A stretch of 64,000 nt of DNA from Phycisphaeraceae bacterium (GCA_963674705.1 OY771506.1:1920001-1984000), one strand, 5' to 3'; counted from the first letter of the stretch, positions 10,404-21,307 are shown. The notes: generated by a model from the letters alone, not told the origin. Made by a program: numbers and translations.

Positions 10404-12860
10404 TTATTCGGCATTCGCCTTGGCGTTCTCTTCTGCGTACCTCAGGCTGAACAACGTGAGCCCCTTGGTTTCCTTTGCCTCGCCCGGCAGGATCAGGCTC
10501 ATAATTGTACCCACGCTGATCGTGACGATAGGCCCGATCACGATGTAAAGCCAGAACGTGATATCGCTGAAGTTCTTAAGCAGGATGATCGTCGCCATCC
10601 CCGCGGCCGCGCCGATCAACGCGCCAACTTCATGCGTCTTGCGCGTCAGCAAGCCCAGCATGAACAGGCCCAGCACACTGCTGCTGATCAGGCCCGTCAC
10701 CATGATCGCCAGGTCCCACACCGACTTCACATCTTCGATCCCCGCCAGCACCATCGCCGCGATCGTGCCGGATGCTCCTACCACAGCCGTCAGGATCCTG
10801 CCGAGGATCAGGCACTGATGGTCCGTTGCGTCGGCCTTGAACCTGCGATAGAAGTCGTTCGTCCCGAGGTCCGACACCGCGCAGATGCTCGAAGACACGG
10901 TCGACATCGTCGCCGCCAGCAGCGCCGCCACCACGATCCCCGACACACCGATCGGTAATTGCTGCGCTGCGAAGAACGGGAACACGCCGTCGTTATTAAC
11001 AATCGTCGGGCTCAACGAATCCGGATGCGCCCGATAGAAAAGCCACAACGCCGTGCCCAGCGAGAACAGCAGGATATTGATCGGCACCGCCACCGCCATC
11101 TGCATCGCCACCGCCATCTTTGTCTGCTTCAGGTCGGGCGTACTTTGCACACGCTGTACAAAGTTCTGATCCGAGATCCCGCCGAACGTCAGGAACAACG
11201 TATGCACCATAAAGATAAACGTCGTCGGCCCGATCCATATCTTGAGCAGATTCCGTTCTTCGGAAGTAACCTCCGGGAAGTCGAACATGTGGAACTTGTC
11301 ATACGATTGTGCCGTGCTCCACATCTCGTTGATCGGCATATCCAGTTTAATAAGCGCCAGGATCAAACACCCCACAACGGTTGTCACCATGACAAAACCC
11401 TGGATCGTATCCGTCCAGATCACCGCTTCCAACCCGCCGAGGTAGGTGTAAATCGTCGTGACGACTCCCATAACAATGATTGCAGTCATGATGTCCATAT
11501 CCGTGATCGCTTCGAGCGCGATCGCCGAGAGCAGCATAACCGAAGCGATACGCGACGCGACTTGCGTGAACATGAAGATAGTGCTGGCAAACAGTCGCGA
11601 TGTCACGCCGAACCGACGCTCCAGGTATTCATTTGCCGTGGAGATGTTCAGCTTTCGCACGAGCGGCGCCATGATAAAGATACCGATCGGCAGGCACAGT
11701 GCAGAACAGATACTGATCGTGAAGTATGTCCAGTCCGTGCCGAAGCCCATGCCCGGCATGCCCGCGAGGCTGATCGCCGACGCGCCGGTGGCAAACAGCG
11801 ACATACCCGCCGCCCACCACGGGATGCGTTGCCCGCCCCGGAAAAAGTCGTTCGAACTGTTTTCGCGTTTCGTGAAGTACCAGCCGACACCGACCATCCC
11901 GAGCAGGTAAGCCGCCACCACGGCGTTGTCGAGCCAGCCGTAGTTGGTTTTCAACTGCGCGGGCTTGATAAGCTTTGTATCATCCGGATCGATCAGGATC
12001 GCGCGCCCGTCAAGCAGAGCGACCGCCGGTGAGGTGCTCAGTTTAACATCGAGTTGACCAAGCGTGATCCATGTGTCGGTAATTGCGTGGTAGGCAAATA
12101 CCTCGCCCCTATCACCACCCGGTAACTGTTTGAAAAAGAGGATATGCGACAAGCCAAACGGCACACTGGCGGGATGTGCCGGCCAAACCTCGGGCGGCGC
12201 GATTGGTTTCCATGCTTTCACATCCGCATTGTGTTGTGGATCATAACGGAACGCCGCGTAACCATCCTCCGCTTTCCCGATCAGGTAAAGCTTCTTTTGA
12301 AGGCTGACCAATGCGGGTTGTGTAACACTTCTACTTAGCGTTGCCGACAGCGGCTGCCATGTTTTGTCGCCCGGCTTATAGGTCCATACTTTCGCCCCGT
12401 CGGTCAGATAAATCTTGGAATCGATGGTCGCCGCTGCAAGCATGTTCGATGCGACCGGCGCATCAGGCTGCTTAACTTCTTCCAGTTCCAGCGCGATCGT
12501 GTTCCACCGCACAAGTGTTACCGTGCTGGATGGTTCATCGTCCGCCACGCCGCCGATGCAGTACACGCCATCGGTCGTTCCGACTACCGACGCTGGAATC
12601 CTGCCGTCTTCTAAAGAGCCCGCCTTCGTCCAATTGCTGCGGTCCGCGTTCATGACGTAGACCGATTCGCCTGCAAAGACCAGCACCTGCTCATCGCTTA
12701 CACCGACCTTCAGAACAAGATCCTCACCCGCCTCAACAGGTAACGCCGGCAATGATTCGATCTCAAACGCAGCATCACCCGCTGCCCGAGCCTGGATCGC
12801 AAACAACATCAACACCAGCAGACAACCCAGCCACTTCGCTCGCATCGAATGTGTCCTCAC
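10404..12860 (-). CDS. Sodium:solute symporter fused to an N-terminal Kelch-like domain
   Basis: Signal peptide, then ~300 aa with GG..W Kelch-like repeats, then SSS motifs DFFRGG, EYLERRF, YTYLGGLEAVIWTD and AATMST. Confidence 0.9.
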   Translation of the reverse strand: MRTHSMRAKWLGCLLVLMLFAIQARAAGDAAFEIESLPALPVEAGEDLVLKVGVSDEQVLVFAGESVYVMNADRSNWTKAGSLEDGRIPASVVGTTDGVYCIGGVADDEPSSTVTLVRWNTIALELEEVKQPDAPVASNMLAAATIDSKIYLTDGAKVWTYKPGDKTWQPLSATLSRSVTQPALVSLQKKLYLIGKAEDGYAAFRYDPQHNADVKAWKPIAPPEVWPAHPASVPFGLSHILFFKQLPGGDRGEVFAYHAITDTWITLGQLDVKLSTSPAVALLDGRAILIDPDDTKLIKPAQLKTNYGWLDNAVVAAYLLGMVGVGWYFTKRENSSNDFFRGGQRIPWWAAGMSLFATGASAISLAGMPGMGFGTDWTYFTISICSALCLPIGIFIMAPLVRKLNISTANEYLERRFGVTSRLFASTIFMFTQVASRIASVMLLSAIALEAITDMDIMTAIIVMGVVTTIYTYLGGLEAVIWTDTIQGFVMVTTVVGCLILALIKLDMPINEMWSTAQSYDKFHMFDFPEVTSEERNLLKIWIGPTTFIFMVHTLFLTFGGISDQNFVQRVQSTPDLKQTKMAVAMQMAVAVPINILLFSLGTALWLFYRAHPDSLSPTIVNNDGVFPFFAAQQLPIGVSGIVVAALLAATMSTVSSSICAVSDLGTNDFYRRFKADATDHQCLILGRILTAVVGASGTIAAMVLAGIEDVKSVWDLAIMVTGLISSSVLGLFMLGLLTRKTHEVGALIGAAAGMATIILLKNFSDITFWLYIVIGPIVTISVGTIMSLILPGEAKETKGLTLFSLRYAEENAKANAE

Positions 12861-12887
12861 AAGTGATCTAAAATAGATCCGTACGTT

Positions 12888-15701
12888 TTACCGCATGCCC
12901 TTTTCTACGCGCGGATCGTTCGGGGGTAAAGCATCACCCACCAGTTCCAGATCCTGGATCGCTGCAAGCCCCCATTGCGCCGCATCGTTCGTGCCCATCC
13001 AGGGTGTTTCTTCCACCGGGTTCAGGCTGTCCACTCCGGAGAACGTATTACGCTCAAACGTCCACCGCGACCTTGCCCAGCTATCATCTTTAAAGAAGTC
13101 GTTCCACGCTCGCTTGGCAAGTTCAGGGTCTTTCAACTTCCACGCGGCATACGCGGTCAATCGCGAGTGCCCGTTGATCAGAATGCCCGTACGGAAGTCG
13201 AGGCCGATATCTTCCTTGCGCTTGCCACGATCTTCTGAGTAATACTTGCAGTACATCAGCCAGTTCTTCTCAAAGCCCGGCACATCAAAGTTCTGGATAA
13301 GCTCTGCGCAGATCTCCATCAGCCCGAACACAGCCGACAGGTGCGACATGCCCCCAACGCTCGGATCCTTGTTCCATTCAACATACTTGCCCGTTTCAGG
13401 ATCAAATAATGGCCCGGCTGTGAACCAACCAAGCTGCATCTGTCCGATCGTTTCCATGCTGTTTAACAGCTTCTGCTTGATCGCCTCATCGCCCGTGCGC
13501 TCCCAATGCGTGAACCACGCCATAGAAAGCCCGCTGAAGTCCGTGCCCATCCCGACCGACAGCGCGTGCGGCTTCGGCTCATAAGGCTCCGTCCTTATCT
13601 TGCGGATCGGGTCCAGCCCGAGGAATGTCTTCTCGCTGTCGATCTGTTCATCCATCAGATCGCCCGTGCGTTCGTCGGCGGTGAGGTAGTAATAGAACCG
13701 ACGATACGCCACCGTGCTGATGCGCAACTGCTTCGCGCTGCAGCCCCAGTGCTGGACGTTATGCCTTGTGCCCAGGCCTTCAAATCGGCCGAGGTGATAT
13801 ACGTCGACTTCGCCCGTATGCCGACACATCGCCTCGGCAAAACGGAACACATCCGCCCGCCCTGTTCGGATCGCGAAATACCAAAGCCACAGGTCCGGCG
13901 ACAACTCCGAGTTGTCCCACGCATACCCGCCCACGTCATACCGCCACATGTGACGATCCGGGTCATATGAATGCATCACGTCGCCGTAATCCCAGAAGCC
14001 GTACCAGCGACGCTGCTCGCGTTGTGTTTTATATGAATCAAACACGAAGTCCAGGTTTTCTTCAATTGCTTTCTTTGCAAGCGTCGAACGATCAGGCAGC
14101 GACCAGATCGGCCCGAACACCTGCGCCCGATGCAGCGACTGCGGCGAAGCTGCCAATAACGGCGGTGTCATCACGTCCATCGCAAAGTCGACGATCTGCT
14201 GGTTCTCAGGCGTCGCTTCGGTTACCCATAAGTTGAACTCCGTCGTCCGCGCAATACCATGCGGTGTCCCGAAGCCCGGCTCGTAATCTTCATACGTGAT
14301 GTTCAGCGCATCGAGTTGCTTCTCGTGCGTGTCCTGGCCCATCCCGTCGTGATAGAAACGCAGGTCCATCGCTTTTGCCTGCGGCGACCACATCCACATC
14401 GTCACGGTCGCGCTGTCCGTTGCTGCATCACGGATGTCGATCTGCGATGGGTAGCGTTGCCAGAAGTCGCGCTGCCCGAAGACGACGCCGCCTGTTACCC
14501 CGCCGACATAGCCCACGCCCGCGGCGCGCGTCCCGCCATCGGATCGTATCCAGCCGCACCCCGGCTTCGTCCGCTTGTGAATGATGAATCCATCCGATGA
14601 TAGCTGGCTTAGTGTCAGGTCGCCCCAATCCGGAATCCAATGCAACCGGCTCGTTACGCGCGAGTCCCACGTCGATTCCTCCGGCAGCTTCTTACCGAGC
14701 GGCTGCAAGCGACGCACCTCTGCGCCCGGATCGCGACGCAAGCCCGTGATGCCCTTCACTGCTTCAGACCACAAGCCGCCATCTGCGCTGACGAAACGGG
14801 TGTGACGGTTATACAGTTCATCCCGCATCGGTACCTGGAATTGCAAACCGAGCCCGCGAATAAAGTCTTTGTATTCATCGCCATCAAAGATGAAGCTGTG
14901 CATCACACGCACGTGCTCGCTGCCCGCGTAGAAGTACAAGCGAACGCTGAACGGTAACCACTCCCGTTTGCCATTCACATCGCGATGCATCCCATCGATC
15001 TTCACCACCGCACGCACCGGGCCGGTCTGTTCGACCGTGACCTTCTCGATCCGGCTTTCATATTCCGTGACCTTCAGCTCAGCGCCCTCGTTCGGCTCGC
15101 TCGGTTGGTCCTGACTCATCGCAACCAGCTTCGCGCTTATCAGTGTTGGCTTGCCAGCACGCTCGATGCTTTCGATCAGGTTCACGCCTTCATTCGGCAG
15201 CGTGCAGCGTAGCGGCCCGGTATTCACAACGACAGCGTCGCCTTTTTCTTCCACACTCACTGCCGTACCGGGTTGGGTTGGTTTTACCCCCGCTCGCACC
15301 GCCAGCACCTTCGCGCCCTTGTCGCGCGGCGCCGCCGCATGCCCGGACCACTTCACCGACCCGTCCGGCCAACGCGCGAGCATCCAGCTCTGGCTTGGTA
15401 GCTGTTCGCCGCTGTCATCGAAGATCGCAAAGTCGCTGTCCGCCTTCACCCGTCCCTTCGGCCAGGCGACGCCCCACGTCACGCCCATCACAGCCGAGCG
15501 GTCCTGCCCGTCGAGCCAGCGCAGCGGAATGCCATCCACCTTCGGTTCATCTGTTTCCCCGGGCACTGGCGGCGCAACCGGCACCGGGTCCGAGGCCCCA
15601 TTGGCTTTGCCCATCGTGGCCGCCGCCGCCGGCAGGGCGATGCCCGTCATCGCGGCATGGGATAAAAAAGTCCGACGTGTCAGGTGAGGAAGGGGGCTCA
15701 T
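12888..15701 (-). CDS. Tat-exported exo-rhamnogalacturonan lyase (PL26/YetA-like)
   Basis: TRRTFL Tat motif; WPDGSVKW, WYGFWDYGDVMH, YDVGGYAWDNSEL, RHNVQHWG. Confidence 0.85.
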   Translation of the reverse strand: MSPLPHLTRRTFLSHAAMTGIALPAAAATMGKANGASDPVPVAPPVPGETDEPKVDGIPLRWLDGQDRSAVMGVTWGVAWPKGRVKADSDFAIFDDSGEQLPSQSWMLARWPDGSVKWSGHAAAPRDKGAKVLAVRAGVKPTQPGTAVSVEEKGDAVVVNTGPLRCTLPNEGVNLIESIERAGKPTLISAKLVAMSQDQPSEPNEGAELKVTEYESRIEKVTVEQTGPVRAVVKIDGMHRDVNGKREWLPFSVRLYFYAGSEHVRVMHSFIFDGDEYKDFIRGLGLQFQVPMRDELYNRHTRFVSADGGLWSEAVKGITGLRRDPGAEVRRLQPLGKKLPEESTWDSRVTSRLHWIPDWGDLTLSQLSSDGFIIHKRTKPGCGWIRSDGGTRAAGVGYVGGVTGGVVFGQRDFWQRYPSQIDIRDAATDSATVTMWMWSPQAKAMDLRFYHDGMGQDTHEKQLDALNITYEDYEPGFGTPHGIARTTEFNLWVTEATPENQQIVDFAMDVMTPPLLAASPQSLHRAQVFGPIWSLPDRSTLAKKAIEENLDFVFDSYKTQREQRRWYGFWDYGDVMHSYDPDRHMWRYDVGGYAWDNSELSPDLWLWYFAIRTGRADVFRFAEAMCRHTGEVDVYHLGRFEGLGTRHNVQHWGCSAKQLRISTVAYRRFYYYLTADERTGDLMDEQIDSEKTFLGLDPIRKIRTEPYEPKPHALSVGMGTDFSGLSMAWFTHWERTGDEAIKQKLLNSMETIGQMQLGWFTAGPLFDPETGKYVEWNKDPSVGGMSHLSAVFGLMEICAELIQNFDVPGFEKNWLMYCKYYSEDRGKRKEDIGLDFRTGILINGHSRLTAYAAWKLKDPELAKRAWNDFFKDDSWARSRWTFERNTFSGVDSLNPVEETPWMGTNDAAQWGLAAIQDLELVGDALPPNDPRVEKGMR

Positions 15702-15991
15702 TGTAAGTACCTGAAAATGATTAAATTAGATATCCAAATACGAATACGTCGAGCTGATTTTTAATAGCTAATCTTTGATTATATCTCGGTTTAAGATAAA
15801 ATGCCATAGTGCGCCATTTGGAGGATAACTTCTGTCTCAGAAACAGCTCTACGGCGATGGGTCGTAGCAAGATTGCGATAATGAGGAACTAAAAAAATGC
15901 ACCCGCTGATCGCGGTTCACCGCCTCAACTGTGACCCGATCATGCCAACTTAGATCAAACCTGAATTGCCCGGTTTAACACAGAGCCCACC

Positions 15992-17956
15992 ATGAAGCGA
16001 ATAAACCACCGACTGCTTTCATCAACCATGCATCTATATAGATACATCACTGCGTTTGCATTTGCGCTGGCTCTGACGGCGACGCCGCTGTACGCGCAGT
16101 CTTCGATTATGGAACGGCTCGATCAAGGTCTGGTCGCCGTGCCCACGCCGGATGGCATCTTCCTCAGTTGGCGTTTGCTCGCGACCGACGCTCCCGACAC
16201 CGCGTTCAACCTCTACGCCATCGACGACGCCGGCCGAAAGAAACGCCTGAACAACACACCGATCGACGGCCCGACCTGGTTCCTCGATAAACAAAACAAA
16301 GACAACCCGCCCAAGGCTTACGAAGTCTGCCCCATCATCAAAGGTAAAGACGGCACGCCGACCAAGGCACTCTGGTTCAACGATCACGATGGCGAGCATC
16401 CTTACCTGAGCATCCCCCTGCAAACACCCGAAGGTTACGGCCCGAACGACGCATCAGTTGCCGACCTTGATGGGGACGGCGAATACGAAATCATCCTGCA
16501 CCAGGCCGGCACGACCCACGACAACTCGCACTCCGGCATGACCGATCCGCCCATCTTCCAGGCTTACGAACTCGACGGCTCACTGCTCTGGCAGATCAAC
16601 CTCGGCATCAACATCCGTGACGGCGCGCATTACACACAGTTCCTGGTGTACGACTTCGATTGCGACGGGAAAGCCGAGTTTGTGTGTAAAACAGCGGACG
16701 GCACGACCGACGGCGTCGGCAATGTACTCGGTGATAAAAACGCAGACTATCGCGATGAGGGCGGCCGCATCCTCAAAGGCCCGGAATACCTCACCGTTTT
16801 CGACGGCCTGACCGGCAAGGCGCTCGACACCGTCAAGTACATCCCCGGCAGGCATCCCGACACGGATAATCCCACCGGCGACCAACTCAAAGCCGTCTGG
16901 GGCGACAACTATGGCAACCGTAGCGATCGTTTCCTTGCGGCCGTGGCTTATCTCGATGGCAAACACCCGTCGATGGTTTTCTGCCGCGGCTACTACACGC
17001 GCAGCGTCCTCGCCGCGTTCGACTTCGAGAACGGCAAGATCAAGCACCGATGGACGTTCGATTCCGCCAGCGGTAGCGACCGCGACCGCGCTTTTGCCGG
17101 TCAGGGCAATCACAACATTTCCGTTGCCGATGTCGATGATGATGGTAAAGATGAAATCATCTACGGCTCGATGGCGATCGACGATGATGGCCGCGGCCTG
17201 TGGTCTTCTGGTTGGGGCCACGGCGACGCGCTGCACGTCTCGGATATGGACCCCAAACGCAAAGGTCTGGAAGTTTTCGTCCCGCATGAATCATCTAGTC
17301 AGTATGGCGCTTACGCGGTGGCGTACTTCGATGCACGCACGGGCCGACCGATCTGGGGCGTCGTCGGCTCAAAAGATATCGGCAGGGGGGTGGCGTTCGA
17401 TGTCGATCCACGTTTCCCCGGCTACGAGATGTGGGCGTCGTCCGGTATCGGTGGGCTCTACAACGCACGCTCCGCTGAACGTGATGACAAACTCGGACCA
17501 CGCGGCAAGGAAGTCTCGTCCAAACGCCCCGGCATGATCAACTTTGGCATCTGGTGGGATGGCGACCCCTTACGTGAAATGCTCGATGGCAACCACATCG
17601 ACAAGTGGAACTGGCAGACCGAATCCACCGACCGAATGCTGACCGCCACCGGCGCGACAAGCAACAACGGCACCAAAGCCACACCCACCCTTTCCGGTGA
17701 CCTGCTTGGCGACTGGCGCGAAGAAGTCATCCTTCGCGAAGAAGACGGAAATGCAATCAGACTTTACACTACAACCATTCCAACCGACATCCGACTGTTT
17801 ACATTGATGCATGATCGTCAGTATCGCCTCGCTATTGCTTGGCAGAACGTTGCTTACAACCAGCCGCCGCACCCCAGCTTTTTCCTCGGCCACGATATGG
17901 ACCAACCCGATTGGCCCGACATCACAACCCCCGGCAGAAGGGGTAGAATGCGTTGA
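15992..17956 (+). CDS. Rhamnogalacturonan lyase PL11 (YesW/YesX-like)
   Basis: MERLDQGLVAV, NIRDGAHYTQFLVYD, RGYYTR, GQGNHN, GHGDALH, YNQPPHPSF. Confidence 0.95.
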   Translation: MKRINHRLLSSTMHLYRYITAFAFALALTATPLYAQSSIMERLDQGLVAVPTPDGIFLSWRLLATDAPDTAFNLYAIDDAGRKKRLNNTPIDGPTWFLDKQNKDNPPKAYEVCPIIKGKDGTPTKALWFNDHDGEHPYLSIPLQTPEGYGPNDASVADLDGDGEYEIILHQAGTTHDNSHSGMTDPPIFQAYELDGSLLWQINLGINIRDGAHYTQFLVYDFDCDGKAEFVCKTADGTTDGVGNVLGDKNADYRDEGGRILKGPEYLTVFDGLTGKALDTVKYIPGRHPDTDNPTGDQLKAVWGDNYGNRSDRFLAAVAYLDGKHPSMVFCRGYYTRSVLAAFDFENGKIKHRWTFDSASGSDRDRAFAGQGNHNISVADVDDDGKDEIIYGSMAIDDDGRGLWSSGWGHGDALHVSDMDPKRKGLEVFVPHESSSQYGAYAVAYFDARTGRPIWGVVGSKDIGRGVAFDVDPRFPGYEMWASSGIGGLYNARSAERDDKLGPRGKEVSSKRPGMINFGIWWDGDPLREMLDGNHIDKWNWQTESTDRMLTATGATSNNGTKATPTLSGDLLGDWREEVILREEDGNAIRLYTTTIPTDIRLFTLMHDRQYRLAIAWQNVAYNQPPHPSFFLGHDMDQPDWPDITTPGRRGRMR

Positions 17957-18025
17957 AATCTTAGGTGTCAGCCACGTCGTTCGGCTGACAGGGCTCTGCC
18001 AGAAATCCACTTTGAGGAAACCCGC

Positions 18026-19513
18026 ATGGGTGCCAAGACCTCCGTCGTCATCTTAGCTCTGCTCAGCGTCGTGCTGGGTTTTATCCAGATGGGCGATCGC
18101 GTTTCGCTCGTGCCTGATGACAAAGTCATACGTCTGAACTTCTGGAACGGATTCACCGGCCCGGACGGCCGAACCATGCTGCACATCATCCGCGAGTTCA
18201 ATGAAGACTATCCCAACATCGAAGTCACCATGCAGCGGATGGAATGGTCGATCTACTTCAACAAGCTTATGGTCGCCGGCATCGACGGCCGTGGGCCGGA
18301 AGTTTTTATATTGCACGCCAGTGAAATGCCACGCTTCCAACGCGCAGGCTTCATGGCAACACTCGATGAAGTCTATGAAGGCGAAGACGCACTACCCGTC
18401 GACGACTTCGATCCCAACCTCCTCAAGCAGATGCGATACGACGGGCACATGATCGGCGTGCCGATGGATATCCACCCGCAGGGGCTTTTCTACAACGCAA
18501 AGATGTTCCGTGAAGCAGGCATCGTTGATGAAAACGGCGTCGCAAAGCCGCCGACCAATCGCGAAGAGTTCATGGATGCGGTCAGAAAATTACGTATCGA
18601 CAAAAACGGCGACGGCCGACCCGAGCAGTGGGGCTTCGCACTGACCATGTGGCGCAACAACTTCACCTCCCTCTTGCCGCAATTCGGCGGTAACTACTTC
18701 GATGAGTCAGGCCAATGTGCCATTGATTCACCGGAGAGTATCGCCGCACTCGAGTTCATGGTTTCACTCGGTGGCGACGATCCGCTCGTGCCCGCTCCGG
18801 AAAATAACCTCGGCTGGGTCGGCTTCCGGCAGAAGAAAGTCGCGATGGTTTTCGAAGGCATCTACATGCTCGGTGACCTCAAGCGGCTTGAGGGCGTGGA
18901 CCGCCAGTTGGAGCGTTTGAAAAGGATGGGTGGCGATCCGAAGCAAATCATAGAGTTGGAAAAGCAAGTGCAACGCTTGCACGAGTTGGAGAGCGAACTG
19001 GAGCAGTTGAAAGGTTCGGATGGCGACCCGAATCGCTTGAAAGAACTGGAAATCGAAGTGGATCGTTTAAAAGGTTTGCAATACATGGCCGCCCCGATGC
19101 CCGTGATCGGCAAGCAGCACGGCACGCATGGCGATTCACATATCCTCTGCTTGCAGAAAGACCTCGATCCGGAGGTTCATGAAGCCGCGATCGCGTTCCT
19201 CAAATTCATCTCCAACCACGACATCCAATGGGCGGATGCAGGCCAGGTTCCCGCTCGTAACAGCGCACGTGAAGCGGAAGTATTCAAGGACATGCAGGTT
19301 CAGTACGCATTCAGTCATCAGATCCCGTATGTGAATTACCCGCCACGTTCACCGGCCGTGTTCGAGTTGCAACAACAGATCGATTTTGCAGTGGAGAAAG
19401 CGTTGCGCCGTCGCGCGACAGCGGAAGAGGCGCTGAAGACCGCACGTAAAAACTTTGAAGACTTCGTACGAAAGGCGGAACTGCCGATGCTGATGGAAGA
19501 GGAGGCGAAGTGA
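18026..19513 (+). CDS. ABC sugar transporter substrate-binding protein
   Basis: FWNGFTGPDG, GVPMDIHPQGLFYN; directly upstream of two permeases. Confidence 0.9.
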   Translation: MGAKTSVVILALLSVVLGFIQMGDRVSLVPDDKVIRLNFWNGFTGPDGRTMLHIIREFNEDYPNIEVTMQRMEWSIYFNKLMVAGIDGRGPEVFILHASEMPRFQRAGFMATLDEVYEGEDALPVDDFDPNLLKQMRYDGHMIGVPMDIHPQGLFYNAKMFREAGIVDENGVAKPPTNREEFMDAVRKLRIDKNGDGRPEQWGFALTMWRNNFTSLLPQFGGNYFDESGQCAIDSPESIAALEFMVSLGGDDPLVPAPENNLGWVGFRQKKVAMVFEGIYMLGDLKRLEGVDRQLERLKRMGGDPKQIIELEKQVQRLHELESELEQLKGSDGDPNRLKELEIEVDRLKGLQYMAAPMPVIGKQHGTHGDSHILCLQKDLDPEVHEAAIAFLKFISNHDIQWADAGQVPARNSAREAEVFKDMQVQYAFSHQIPYVNYPPRSPAVFELQQQIDFAVEKALRRRATAEEALKTARKNFEDFVRKAELPMLMEEEAK

Positions 19514-20388
19514 TACAACGATTACGTAATGCTTGTGCGTATCTCTTTATCGCGCCGTTCGCGGTGTCGTTCTTCAGCTTTGTCATCCTCCCGTTCTTTG
19601 TCGCGCTCGGGCTGGCGTTTGTGAAGCTGGACCTGACCTCGCACGAGCCGGTCGCATTCGTCGGGCTTAAGAACTTCCAGGAAGCGCTATCCGATCAGTA
19701 CTTCTGGAAAGCCGTGTGGGCGACGTCGTACTTTGTCGTGATGGCGGTGCCCTTGACCGTAGTCCTCTCGACCGCCGTCGCCGTCGGCATGCACAGCATG
19801 ACCAGCAAACGCGGCAGGCACACCGTTCGCGCCATGTTGTTCCTGCCCGGCATGGTCAACGTCGCCGTCGCGGGGATCCTCTGGCAGTGGTTCTATAACG
19901 GCGAGTTCGGCCTGTTCAATCACTACCTACAGGAATGGGGCTTCAGTGGTGTGCCCTGGCTAAGCAACCGAGCAATGGCGATGCCCAGCGTCGTCTTGAT
20001 GACGCTCTGGTGGACGATCGGCGGTTCTGCGATCCTCTTGCTCGCAGCGCTCCAGCAAATCCCCGGCGAACTATGGGAAGCCGCGTCGCTCGACGGCGCC
20101 GGGCCCTGGCAACGTTTGTGGGGAATCTCGCTGCCGTTGATACGCCCCGTCATGCTGTTCGTCACCATCATGACGACGATCGGTTCGTTCCAGGTATTTG
20201 GTCAGCCATATCTGTTAACCCGAGGCGGGCCCGAACTCGCGACACGTGGCGTCGTGCAATACATTTACGAAACCGCATTCAATAACTACCGGCTGGGTTA
20301 CGGCGCCGCGATGAGCTGGCTGCTGTTCGTCATCATCGCGATGTTCTCATTGGTCCAGGTCCGCCTGATGTGGGGGTCGAGGAAATGA
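19510..20388 (+). CDS. Carbohydrate ABC transporter permease
   Basis: Multiple TM helices; EAA loop ELWEAASLDGA. Confidence 0.92.
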   Translation: MIQRLRNACAYLFIAPFAVSFFSFVILPFFVALGLAFVKLDLTSHEPVAFVGLKNFQEALSDQYFWKAVWATSYFVVMAVPLTVVLSTAVAVGMHSMTSKRGRHTVRAMLFLPGMVNVAVAGILWQWFYNGEFGLFNHYLQEWGFSGVPWLSNRAMAMPSVVLMTLWWTIGGSAILLLAALQQIPGELWEAASLDGAGPWQRLWGISLPLIRPVMLFVTIMTTIGSFQVFGQPYLLTRGGPELATRGVVQYIYETAFNNYRLGYGAAMSWLLFVIIAMFSLVQVRLMWGSRK

Positions 20389-21209
20389 AACTGAAAAAAC
20401 GTTCTGGTATCGACCTGCTCATGTACTTCACCGCGGCTTCATTCGTGCTGCCTCTGATCGTGATGGCGCTGACATCCTTCAAGCCCGAAGGCGAAGTGCT
20501 CAACCCCGAATCCATCATCCCCGACCAATGGACGCTCGCGAACTACAAGCACGTGCTCGGATGGTCGGAAGAAGCGCCGTTTATCCGTTGGTTGATCAAC
20601 AGTATGTTTATCTCGACGACCGTTACGCTGCTCGTACTCGTCTTCTCTTCCATGGCCGCGTTCGCCATCACCCGCCTGAAACTGCCCGGCACCGGTTGGT
20701 TCTTCGGCCTGGTCATCGCGACGATGATGCTGCCCGCGCAGCTCTTCCTCGTCCCGGTCTACCTGATCCTCAGCCGGCTGCACCTGCTTGATACACCTTG
20801 GGCATTAATCATCCCGGCAACATCAGGCGGCTTCGGTGTCTTCCTCATGGCGCAGTTCATGCGTGCGATCCCAAGATCGCTCGAAGAGGCCGCGATGATC
20901 GACGGCTGCTCGAAGCTTGGCGTTTACCTGCATGTCGCGCTGCCGCTCTGCGGACCCGCACTAGCGACGCTCGGCATCTTCACCTTCATCGGCTCGTGGA
21001 ACGACTTCGTAGGCCCGCTTATCTTCCTCGACTCGATCCGTAACTACACGCTGCCCGTCGGTATCGCGCTCTATCAAAGCTCATACGTCACCGAGTACGG
21101 CCTGACGCTCGCGACCAGCGTCCTTGCGACCCTGCCCCTGATCCTCGTCTTCATGGTCTTCCAGAAGCAGATCATCGAGAGCCTGGCGACCTCAGGCATG
21201 AAGGGGTAG
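20385..21209 (+). CDS. Carbohydrate ABC transporter permease
   Basis: EAA loop SLEEAAMIDG; WNDF.GPL; ATGA overlap with the previous gene. Confidence 0.92.
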   Translation: MKLKKRSGIDLLMYFTAASFVLPLIVMALTSFKPEGEVLNPESIIPDQWTLANYKHVLGWSEEAPFIRWLINSMFISTTVTLLVLVFSSMAAFAITRLKLPGTGWFFGLVIATMMLPAQLFLVPVYLILSRLHLLDTPWALIIPATSGGFGVFLMAQFMRAIPRSLEEAAMIDGCSKLGVYLHVALPLCGPALATLGIFTFIGSWNDFVGPLIFLDSIRNYTLPVGIALYQSSYVTEYGLTLATSVLATLPLILVFMVFQKQIIESLATSGMKG

Positions 21210-21225
21210 TCCAAGCGTTACGAAA

Positions 21226-21307
21226 TGGGCGCCACACTTTGACTACGCAGTAGCAAAGTGTGCGTTGACAGAACACACTTTGCCCTTCGGGTCAAAGTGC
21301 GGCACCC
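21226..21307. repeat. 82-bp REP/MITE-like double-hairpin element, copy 1
   Basis: Two CACACTTTG...CAAAGTG hairpins inside terminal inverted repeats; colinear copy at 43616-43697. Confidence 0.85.

Noticed and set aside
18026..21209. ABC clusters lacking an ATPase gene (also 54282-57594)
   Set aside because: Common for carbohydrate ABC systems that share an ATPase encoded elsewhere
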